A stretch of 64,000 bases of DNA from Lingula anatina (lineage: Eukaryota > Animalia > Brachiopoda), in NCBI GenBank assembly GCA_051362555.1, contig CM120640.1, forward strand, positions 34,305,967-34,369,966, read 5' to 3'. Shown piece after piece: positions 1 through 11,700 of this stretch (position 1 is its first letter; each line of letters starts with the position of its first letter). A model generated the notes under the pieces. The model was given only the letters and a program-made list of their open reading frames with translations. It had not been told where the DNA came from and made no database searches. Both the position numbers and the translations under genes were made by a program.

Positions 1-660
1 ATGTTACCGTTACCGCTTCTCCTCCTAGACGGTAAGGGCCCCCGTACCCATCTCATGGATTTAGGTCACCTATAATCTCAACTCGTTCCACGTAAAATTT
101 GGGCTTTGTCGGTATTGGGGTCTGGGTGTGGCACTCATTGCAATGCACCCTTGTCTAAAAATGGCAAAATTAAATGCTAATTATCTACCCTACAGAAGGA
201 ATTACGGGAAAAATTTCTATAGACGGCTTTCCAAAAGTCATATGTGTAGATTTCAAATATACCCTCGGATTTGACCTTTGACCTTTACTTCAAGGTCAAA
301 TGGGTCAAAATTTTCAAAAAAATGAAATTTTTTACGAAAAAAAAATTTTTTGCCCTGTTATTCAGACGCCACACAGACTTAACCAATAATATTATTGGAA
401 AGTGTTACCCTTCAGGTCATCTTTCATCTCCGTGAATTTGGGGTCAATCGGTGCATTTTCACAGGAGTAGCGGCCATAAGATACCGAAACTGAAAACTGT
501 CTCTAATTCGGGAACCGTTAATGCTAGAGACCCATTCTTTTTTGCATTTTGTAGAGCATGTAAAGCCCAACACTGGAGGTGGTCTCAGTTTTTTTGTATT
601 CCATACGGTTTTCGAGTTACGCTGTATCAGAAAGTACATATTGGTGGGGAAAGGAAAATG

Positions 661-902
661 TACGGAAGCCGACTGGTGCCATATGTAGAAAAAAAAATTA
701 TCTCGAAATTTCGAGATACTATTTTGAAATTTGAACAAAAAAAAAATTATCTCGAAATTTCGAGATAGCATTTTGATATTTGAGCAAAAAAATTTATCTC
801 GAAATTTCGAGATAGTATTTTGAAATTTGAACAAAAAAAATGCTATCTCGAAATTTCGAGATAATTTTTTTTTTCAACATATGGCACCAGTCGGCTTCCG
901 TA
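661..902. mobile_element. MITE with TACGG...CCGTA termini and 6-bp TSD (IS3EU-like), nested in the Helitron-like element
   Basis: TIR TACGGAAGCCGACTGGTGCCATATGT matches ACATATGGCACCAGTCGGCTTCCGTA. It is flanked by AAAATG at 655-660 and 903-908. Four internal copies of the palindrome TATCTCGAAATTTCGAGATA occur at about 48-bp spacing. Confidence 0.8.
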
Positions 903-1152
903 AAAATGTGCAGTACGGTAATGGATAATAAATTTTGAACTCCGGAAAAATAAAACATAATGCTTGGCAAAGCAGACAACTTGTGGTCAAAAATGACATT
1001 ATTTTATCAAATTTAAACTTCTGCAACTTCAGAGAACCTCCCATTTCAAGAACTTTGACCAAAATGACCTTTTCTTTATTTTAATTAATTTTTTCTGTAG
1101 GAAATTTATGGCACATTATGGTAACTCCAAAATTATAACATTTAGTCCCTTA

Positions 1153-1985
1153 TATCTCCAAAACTGGCAGAGATAGGTCCATAGTTACTATTGAAGTTGC
1201 ATAGGAAGTCATATACTGGCAATCTTACTGTGACCTTGACATTGACCTTTGACCTACTTTTCACCATGAACTGAACTTTGCAAATTTTGCTTCCCTTTTA
1301 TCTCCAAAACTGGCAGAGATAGGTCCATAGTTACTATTGAAGTTGAATAGGAAGTCATATACTGGCAATCTTACTGTGACCTTGAAATTGACCTTTGACC
1401 TACTTTTCACCTTGAACTGAACTTTGCAAAATTTGCTTCCCTTTTATCTCCAAAACTGGCAGAGATAGGTCCATAGTTACTATTGAACTTGCATAGGAAG
1501 TCATATACTGGCAATTTTACTGTGACCTTGAAATTGACCTTTGACCTTCTTTTCACCATGAACTGAACTTTGCAAATTTTGCTTCCCTTTTATCTCCAAA
1601 ACTGGCAGAGATAGGTCCATAGCTACTATTGAACTTGAATAGGAAGTCATATACTGGCAATCTAAATGTGACCTTGAAATTGACCTTTGACCTACTTTTC
1701 ACCATGAACTGAACTTTGCAAATTTTGCTTCCCTTTTATCTCCAAAACTGGCAGAGATAGGTCCATAGTTACTATTGAAGTTGAATAGGAAGTCATATAC
1801 TGGCAATCTTACTGTGACCTTGAAATTGACCTTTGACCTACTTTTCACCATGAACTGAACTTTGCAAATTTTGCTTCCCTTTTATCTCCAAAACTGGCAG
1901 AGATAGGTCCATAGTTACTATTGAAGTTGGATAGGAAGTCATATACTGGCAATTTACTGTGACCTTGAAATTGACCTTTGACCTA
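1153..1985 (+). repeat. Tandem array of a 146-bp unit, about 5.7 copies
   Basis: The unit start TATCTCCAAAACTGGCAGAGATAGGTCC recurs at 1153, 1299, 1445, 1591, 1737 and 1883. Copies are near-identical. Confidence 0.95.
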
Positions 1986-3082
1986 CCTTACAATGAACTT
2001 AACTTTGATTGCACCATTTTTAGTTATATATATTTTTTGCATATTTTGAAAATTCTTGTTGATTGCATTTTTACAGCTTGTCAAGCACAAGACTGGTGGC
2101 TGCACCCCTTATTTTGTGTATGTGGGGGTCTATACGAATGCGCTTGCTCCAGCTGGTGGTACAATATTCGGAGGCGGTATCGCCTCTCTGATCCTCTAGT
2201 TAGTCATAGATTTGTGAAATTGTCCTCGTAGGTCCTGTCGATCACTGGATTAGACATGGTTAATGAATCCAAATTAATAGATTGACTCAGCATATTTATA
2301 AATAATATGTGTCGCCTGTATCTCTGATAACAATAATAATAATAATAATGAAAATGATAATAATAGATATTAAACTTTGAACTCTAGAACAAGACATAAA
2401 ACCTGGGTTAGATTGAAATGTGGCCTGTCATAGATCCTCTTTCCTAGTTTGCTTTAAAATACATGAATTTATGTCACAAAAGCTATACAGTACTACAGTA
2501 CATTCCAATTTAATAATGATGTGTCACTATCTTTCTTGTTCCTATTACAGTGGACTTAAATTCCTAACAGGAGAAATCTCTGAAACTGTAATCTGGTGAA
2601 ATTTATTGATGGGGTTGCAAGAGCCTGCCTTGATGCAAATAATGAAAAATTCAAACCAACCTTAGTCTGACGCCAGAGCTATTGATCAGTGACATATCTC
2701 TAATTCAGCACTCCTATTGATTTGATTTAGTGAGATATTATGTCTTTCAGAAGGTCAAATTGTTATCAAAGAGGAAAGCTTGTATTTCAGTATTGATTTC
2801 TCTTGAAAGTTCTGAATTTTAAGGTCTGTGGGACTTGTCTTGTCATTATGAGTTTAATTTAAAAAGGAATTTTACCAAATTTTTTACAATGATAATAATA
2901 ATAACAAATTTCATTTAAAGAGGATAAAACATGTTAAATGTGTACACTTAGTACACATGGCCCTCAATTTATTTTTAATAAATTTCAGCATTTTATGTGC
3001 TATCCCTCATTAAGAATATATCAATGATTATTATTATATGATTAATGTATATTAATGTTTCCCTATTTTGATTTATCCACAG

Positions 3083-3186
3083 ATTCAGAATAGTGCTGGC
3101 GACTATGAACTGTCAGAAGAAGAATATTCTAGACTTCAGCTTCAGCAGTGGTCAAGGTTTTACTCCTGTTGTCTCCAGTACCATGA

Positions 3187-3257
<71 letters not shown>

Positions 3258-4230
3258 CTTTATAAGAGTTTAAAGTATCATTAGTTTGAGTTTGAATTTT
3301 CTTTCAACTTAGTGCATTTGTTGTCAAACAGGTGCTGTCATTTAGAATGATGGTTGTTTAAGACTCCTTTATAATGCTGTATGATATACTATTTCTGATT
3401 GATCTAAGGGGGAAATAAAGCAGTCATTTTTTAGAAATTTTATTGTCATACAAAGTCCTTATTACTGTCAACATTTTTTTATTATTTCATTTGATTTCAG
3501 GTTGGCACCAAACCTATTGGGTTGTTTTGTGATGGAAGAACTGGAATCAGCTGTCTTATCAGGAAGGTATGGACTGAATTAATGCTTATTTATTGGGGAG
3601 TGATATCCCAATTCCAATGTATATTTTACTTATATATGCACTGGCTCAGATGCATGAAAATGTATTACTAAATAATTTAGGTATTTTTTCTAATCAATTT
3701 ATTCATTTTTACCTTTTTAACACAAAATTGAATAATACAATCTAGAGAGTTTTTATACAACATTTAACTTCAAAACCAGAAAGCACTGCTACTCTCTTAC
3801 TGTTATATTGTTATACATTCAAGTAGAAATGCTCCTCAATATTTCTGAAAGCACATTTAAAAATAAACTATTGAACTGATTGTTTGCACTTGTTAATGGT
3901 AATGTTTATGAATACAAGTGTAAATGTGGAGAGGATGATTTTATTTAATTCTATATATATAGATATATTGTAAATGTCTGAGTGTTGGTTTGTGAAAGAG
4001 GAGTGAGTAAGGCAAATGTTTATTTAGTTATTTATCAATTTGTATTTTTTGATATGTGCAATAAAAAAACTTACCACACACACACACATGCATACGTGAA
4101 TTCAAATAAAAAGCAATTGTTGAAATAGCTCCACAATATTTTCTTTAAGTTAACCTATATTATATGTTGCTCTGATATATTGCTTCTGAAATTTTGATTT
4201 TGAAAATTTGATGAATTATTATTATTTTTA

Positions 4231-4286
<56 letters not shown>

Positions 4287-5179
4287 TCCAGCATCAAGTG
4301 AGTTTATTGCGTCCATGTGATATATTGGAGCACCTGTACATGTCCCCACTGGACTCCTGTGTGCCAGAGACACTGCTGGAGACACAGCTTATAGCTGATG
4401 GTAAGGAAATAAAATTATGAATACATAGAGAACATAGTGGAAGACACTAGAGACTATCTGAAGAAATACCATTATGTACTGTTTATTAGAATGGTTGTTG
4501 ATGATGATTTTAATTTGTGTTGAAAATTCTATCAAATCAAAAGTTTTTTTTTTTTTTGTGTACAACAATATAATACTATTTTAAAAGATATGAAAATTTA
4601 TTGATGATGATGATGACACTGATGCTGACACAGCAGTATTGACATCATGGAAAAAAGTATGGTTGCTCTTTTTTTCCAGTCAGTTTTATCATTAGTTTGT
4701 GTACTTATCATTGTGTTAACATATGTGTGGCTTTTCAACTACATTTTTGGAACATCCACAAATTAAAAGTCAATGCTACATATAATATTTGAGAAATAAA
4801 AATGTACTCATAGACTGGGCTTTATGTTATAGACATCCAAACAGTGCAGGATGTCCTCGCCCTGTGCGACTGTATGAAGCTTTTAAATGGCAGTCTACCT
4901 GAAGAAGTATGCCTGGCTTTTGAACATGAGATATTTTATCTGGAAAACCCAGAGACAGTCGCTCAGCAGATGATTACAGCTCTCTTACCAGCCTCTGGGC
5001 AAGTATAATATAACTGAGTCAGAGCACACATCTCTTTGTAATTTTTCTTAGAAATTAGAATATCTTATTCTTGCCAATTTCAGACATGAAGTAAAATATG
5101 ATTTTAAATTTCTCAGAAAATGAATCCATTGTAAAATATTGCAATCTTTAAATCTTAAATTATATATTTAATATATTTT

Positions 5180-5234
<55 letters not shown>

Positions 5235-5704
5235 TTTCAGAAATCAAATAGTAGCACAAGACCTAGGAGAGATTGAAATGAGGGTTCAAAATATTGCTGA
5301 CATAGCAAGGGCAGTGGCCAATCTCCTAGAACTGGCAGATTTGGCTAATGGTCAACCTGAGGGACTCATGATGGATGACATTGGTAAGGTGTTGTTAATT
5401 TGAAATATCCCACAGAATATGGATATGCTTAAGGTTGTGTTGCCATTGAATGTTATTCTGGTTTTGTTAATATTGGTTAAGTCCAAGCTGAACTTATGAT
5501 AGGCACATGATAATAATGGTAGATATCATAAATTTTTTTAATTTAATAATGCTTTTCTTCAAAATGTTGCATGTGTCTGGATAATTGGTTTTCTTTGTCT
5601 TTTTCTTTTTTTCCCTTTTTCTAAGTGTTAAGTTAGATGTCCAATTCTAAATATTAATGTTCAATTCAAAACTTAAAAAAGTCTAAAGGGATTAAGTAAC
5701 AACT

Positions 5705-5736
<32 letters not shown>

Positions 5737-8700
5737 GTTAGAAGAAATGTTATTGTAAAAGGACGAGTTCAATAAAGTGCCCTTTCTTTGCCATCAGTTT
5801 GTTTTATCATGAAAAAAGATTTTGTCTTAGATTTTCATCTTTATGTATGCTTTGTGCACTTTCAAGTGTTGGATGCCACTCGTCAGTTGGTTTGCAGTCG
5901 ACTGTGGTCCAGTAACACCGCTGTGGGCCTGCTGTCCACCAGTGTCCAGCAGACGGCAGAAACCAGGTTTTGGCTGGCAAGAGATCTGCTGCTCTTACAG
6001 ACACTCATGCTTAGAGCTGGAGAGCAGGTAAATTATCAATAAATGCAACCATCATCGGCCAAATTTCAAATATCATACGTGAGTTTGTTCCATTATTTTA
6101 TCTGCATGTCATATTATTTAAATTAGCTTAGATCAAGAAGACATAAGTTATATGGTTGCATTGAGCTGATAGTGTGCACTTGTTATTGGTAATGTTTATA
6201 AATACTAGTGTTGTGAATAGATAGTAAATGTGGGAAAGAATTATTTTCTTTCATTAATTTTTTTTTTTTCATCATTTTATTGTAAAGTGGTGAAAGAACT
6301 GGATAACCTAGTAGTCAAGATTCAAGCATCATTTGATCTTTCTTATTTTGTTATTGATATTACTTAATATTTTTTAATATTAATATTTTTTGTTTGTTTT
6401 TATTTATTTGCACACAACGTACCACACACAAGACATTTATTAGTTTTTTATCTTTTGCTATTAGGTTTTCAACATATCGTTGTTGACATATATTGTAAAT
6501 GTACATATATATGTATATGTTGTTAATGTCTGAGTGTTGGTTTGTGAAAGAGGAGTGAGTGAGAGAAATGTTTATTTAGTTATTTATCAAGTTGTATTTT
6601 TTGAGATATGTAATAAAAAAATAAAACTTACCACACGCATGCACGCACACACACACACACAAATGCTTACTCTTATAGAAATTTTGTGATTTGAAATTTT
6701 TGTGAAATGTAAAGTGCTTAATTTTGTTTCTGTTTTTATAAAACTCTGCACACCTTCAATATTACATAAATGCTAATTTTTAGGCTGGCCTCACACTAGA
6801 AATAGCAGACCAGTTAAAGTCGGATCTCATTCCCAGAACAAGTGACATGGTCAGGGCTTACTTTGTGGTAAAGTGGTTGTCCACTACTGTAGCAACACAA
6901 GTCCAAACCAACACTATGTGAGTACAGTACTGACCAGTGGTTAAGAGACTGTATCAAAAAAGTGTTGAATTATCAAATATATAGGCCAAATATATATCAA
7001 ATATATAGGTAGTTGAAGATCTTTCAGACCTCATGACTGAGAGAGAGCTTTAGAAGAGAATTTTGGCTAATAATTCAGATGTATGCACACTATGATGATG
7101 ATGATAAGATTTATCAAATGAGTTTCAGTTTTAGCTTTAAATCAACACATTTATGAAAGGTATTAAATAACTATATGTTTTAATGAGACAGTTTATGAAA
7201 TTATAGAAATTTTTGAGCATATCAAGAAAGGCAACTGAAGCTATTTCATCTGTTGTTTAAATTTATATAGTGTTGGATTTGTTGATGTTGAATCCAAAAA
7301 AAAAAAAAAAGATCAAATTCATGTTTATTGTGGATAATCCTATATTGATCATCTCATGCAGATAAATAGTTAAAAAAACATGATAAGTTAAGCCAATAAT
7401 ATAAAGTGTGTTCTTGCTTTAAAATAATGATAGCATTCTTTTGTTTTAGAGAATCAAACCTGAGGCAGCTAGATGTTCTGGACATCTCTGATGCAACTGG
7501 CAGGACACATTTACACAGGCACAGTAAGTTTTGAGGCCACGATTCTTTCTTTCACTTCTTAAGGTGTGATACCACACATATAACTCCCTACATTTACTGA
7601 TCTGTTGAAAGTTAATGCCTTTGTTTGTTTGGTTATGAAACATTTTAACTTTAAAAAAGGAATAAATTGTAGAACATTTGTCAATGTCTTCAATCACATT
7701 CTTTAAGCTCTTTGTGTTTTTGAATGAAAATTTTCAGCTTTAAGTTAAAAAAAGTAAACTGTAGACTGATCATAAGACTAATAGCAGTACTCTGTTTCTC
7801 ACCAGGTGTGCAGGACCAAACATTAGTGGAGCTATTTCTAGAAGGTACAGGAGGCTCACAGTCCAGAGTGTTGCTGGCCAATAACAACTTCTTGGATGAA
7901 GACCCTTGTCAGTTGTGGACAGTGGCCTTTCAGCCAATGGTCACTATGGTGGCACAGCTACTGTATCCTTGACCAGCATTGATGTGAAATAATTATCTCT
8001 ACTGCAATTAGACTAATGGTTTCTTCTTAATTAACTGCATTTACTGATCTTTATTTTTATCATACAGTAAGCTGTTTGACTTGTTTCTCTCCTGTTACTC
8101 TTTTTATCTGCTTCCTTTGCACTTGACCAGGACAAATCCACATGTGTTTTGTCATCTGGAGTACATTTACTGTACTTTTCTGCAGCTCTCTTTTATTTGA
8201 TGTGCTGTTGTTATTTTTAACACTAGTTGTAAACAGTGATATCCTGTCTCCTAATACAGTTGTAATATCTGTTCTTCCACTGTGTCTAATCTAAGAAAAC
8301 ATTATTAAGGGATTTTATATCAAAACTTATACTTGTGTGTTGTTTACTGCCATACGGTCTACCATGTAAATTGTTGTGATTCCTTAAGTCATATCTCAGC
8401 TGGCCTATCAGTGCTAACTTCCTGCTCCCAGAGTTCCTGATGGGACAATGTCAGTTCTCTCAACTCCAGGAATATGCCAGGTTGTTACAGTGCTGGTGTC
8501 CCTGGAATCCGTCCTCCAGGAAATTCCTCCTAGGACAGTGTTATCTGAACTGCAAGTAAGGGGACAGCATTTCTGTAGTCATATTGGGACTGTTTTCAAA
8601 ATTCCCACAAAATTGGTTTATTAAATTTCCTTGAATAATAATGGTTGGTTTGTTTGTATGTTGTACTGTATTTGGATAAGGTTATTTAAAATCTGAAATG

Positions 8701-11700
8701 CAAACTTATTTTATGCCAGAGTAAATGCGTGTAACTAACTACAAGTGATGTACCTTGACAAGAATGAAAGATCTGGTGGAGTAATTGTGTAGATTAACTG
8801 CATTGTTGTGATACATTACTGTATTTCTGTATAAATTGGGATTGATGTGCTTTCATATGATATATTGTTATATGCATAACATGTGAAAAGTCATTGTTAT
8901 GTATAAAATTTTTATGATTTATTTCAGTATTAAGATGTATGCATTTTTAAACAATTTTGAAAATTTCACAAGTGGAATATAAATTGGAAATAGTTTGTGA
9001 AAATTACATATAAACTTGTAAGGTGAATTTATGATTTATTTCAGTATTGAGATATAAGCATTTTCAAACAATTTTGAAAATTTCCAACTGAAAGTAGATA
9101 TAGAAATTAGTTTGTGAAGGTTACATGTAAACTAGCATGTAAGGTGAATTGGAATACCATGCACATGCATTGGTGAAGGGCATTTTTTCACTTATTCTTT
9201 TTTTTTCTCTCTAGTGAACCTGCCAAGGCTTTAGACTGTTTCCAGGAGGCAGTTCATGGAGTTGGAAATGAAGATTTCTTACTGAATAAACTGGTGCAAG
9301 CAGATGAGATATCTGTCAGGAAACTGGAAATTGTGTATTATCTTAAGGTAAGCATGTATCACAATTACACTATTTTGAAAGTCAGTTATATTTCATAAGG
9401 AGAAAACGTGTCTTAAAAGTTTTCAGTAGATAAAAGGGTTGAGAAAGTCTCCTTTAGTGCATGCTATTATATTTTCATTATGTTTAAACACCTATATTTT
9501 TTAAATTCTTTAAATGTCACAGGTTAATGTATTTTCATAGATTATAAAGGTAAAAGTAATTTTTCCATGAAACTTTATTTAGGTGATCAAGCTCCTAGAA
9601 CAGTTTTCTTTGCCAGACCACATCATTTCACTGGCCAATACTGCAATCAGTGTAGCAGATGAAGATGATCAAAATATTGTAAGTTTGCTGATACTGTGAT
9701 TGTTTTAGTCTATTTCTTGTGAGCAGAGGCTGCTATTGTTTGCGCTATCACGAAAAAAGTGATTCGGTATGTACTGTTACATTATTATAACAGTTTATTC
9801 TCATAACTGTAACAAGTGTTTTAAAAAGTTACCCATTATTTGCACTATCATTAAACAATTGACTTGTCATATTAATTGCCTTTAATAAAAGCAGATACGG
9901 CAAGAATCTGTAAGGTGACAAGATCGTTTTTATTTTGTTATCATTAGTTTTTCTGACACTTTCAGCCAACATTATGGTCCAAGGTATTCAAACATCACCT
10001 GGAGCTGGGGCACAATGATGAGGCTTACTCAGCAATGATCTCAAATCCAGACCCTGTCAGGTAAGATGGTGGGTGTATTTTTGTGCACAAGAACAACATT
10101 TTCTGTGCAGTTAGCCGATATCCAGTCTGTCTGTAGTTCCAGCTGTAACTGAACTAAAGCCATGCACATATTTTCAGATTTCTTCCATCCAGAGTAGTAT
10201 GAAATCCATTAAATAAAATGAGATACGTACAAACTCAAAATATAGGTTGATTAATAAAAATACAGTTATTGTATTTTCTTACTGCTGTGTCATTTCAGGA
10301 AGAAAGATTGTCTACGACAGTTTATTGTGGTTCTTTGTGAGCAGAAGCAACTTAAAGCCCTTGTTGACTTTCCTTATATAGATTTACATGATGAGGTAAA
10401 TATTAAACAATTGTTTTAGTTTTTTCTCTGACTCGAAAAATTTAAAAGGTGGGACTCACAGAGGCATCAGTTGCTATTGAGACTTACCAGTTTTTAAGTT
10501 TGCTGGTTATTTTGATATATAAGGACAGTGTTCATTACTTTCCATGTGTGATAATTAAATTTTATTAAATATTTATTTATTTATTTCAAATGATTATTGT
10601 GTTTATCTTTGCAGGTGGTAAACATCATAGAGTCCAGAGCACGCTCTGTTGACCTGGCCACTCACAACTATTACGACTTGCTCTATGCATTCCATATCTT
10701 CAGAGGGAACTTCAGGAAAGGTGGGACTCTTAAATTATTTTTTACTTTCAAACTTTAAACAAGATTGTAGCATAAGGTTTAATTAAAATGTGAAATTAAT
10801 AGCTAAATGCTTCTTCAAATACCATGAAGTCTGTATCTACAAGTCAATCTATGACAAGGTTTTGAGATCTGTTTTTAAAAAAGTAGTAAGTGTAAACTAA
10901 ATTCCATGAAGTAAACTGTATTTTTTTGCCATAGTCTAAGTGATTCTAATGTTACTGTCAACTGAGATGTGCTAAAGGACCCCTTCAGCTTTCTGCACAA
11001 GTTTATGAAAAAAAATATGCTCTATTTCCATATTCAATTCCATGCTTATTTTGAACCCTCTTTATTTTCCCCCTTCCAGCGGCCAGTGTTATGTATGAGC
11101 ATGGTATGCGTCTGGGTCAGGAGCTGCCAGGTGTGAAAGGTCTGCAGAAGAAGGCCAAGTGTTACCTGGCCTGCATCCACTCCCTGGGGCTGGTAGACCC
11201 CAAGTATGCCTGGATTGTCAAACCTGTGCCTCTCAGCAGAAGAATGGTATGTTGATGTAACTTTTCTCAAAAACTAGTGAAACTAGCACTCATTTTAAAT
11301 GTTCATCAGTTGATGGAGATACAGCTTTTACTTTGGGCAAAGAAAATGAAATTTATGTAGTTTTTAACCAGTAAGATAATGATAATATTGTGTTATCAGT
11401 GAAAAATTAGTCACTTTCCTGTCAAACAATGCTGCTTTCTAAACTAAAACGTATAAAACAGGTCAGTATTATATGCAAAATTGAAGCATGGTACACTCAG
11501 TATTTGAAAAATTCTTAAATTGATCTTTTTATTGATTCTAGGATGAGGAATTGCCTGGTGTCTCACCAAAGAGAGACCTTGAAGGAGAGGAGAAAGAGAG
11601 AGGTAAAAATTGTGTGACAACAATTAACTTATAGCTATTACTTTAAAAGATTTTCAAATCTTTCTCATTCTAAATTATGTTCTTGAAATATTTGCAAATT

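Larger units (their letters stand above)
1..2200 (+). mobile_element. Non-autonomous Helitron/Helentron-like element; 5' end lies upstream of the window; probably inside a NUP160 intron
   Basis: The 3' end has a GC-rich hairpin GAGGCG-GTAT-CGCCTC (2171-2186) followed about 10 nt later by CTAG|T (2196-2200). It carries an internal tandem array and TGACCTTTGACC motifs, as in invertebrate HINE/pearl-like elements. No coding capacity. Confidence 0.6.

Noticed and set aside
699-863. CRISPR-like array of palindromic repeats
   Set aside because: The spacers are near-copies of each other, the array sits between TIRs with a TSD, no cas genes are present, and the context is eukaryotic.
424-1062. ORFs of 136, 105, 61 and 62 aa
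   Set aside because: They read through the MITE palindromes and the Helitron-like element and show no recognisable domain.
3188-4290. Poly-Ile, poly-Tyr and poly-Asn ORF tracts
   Set aside because: These are translations of intronic (AAT)n/(TTA)n microsatellites.
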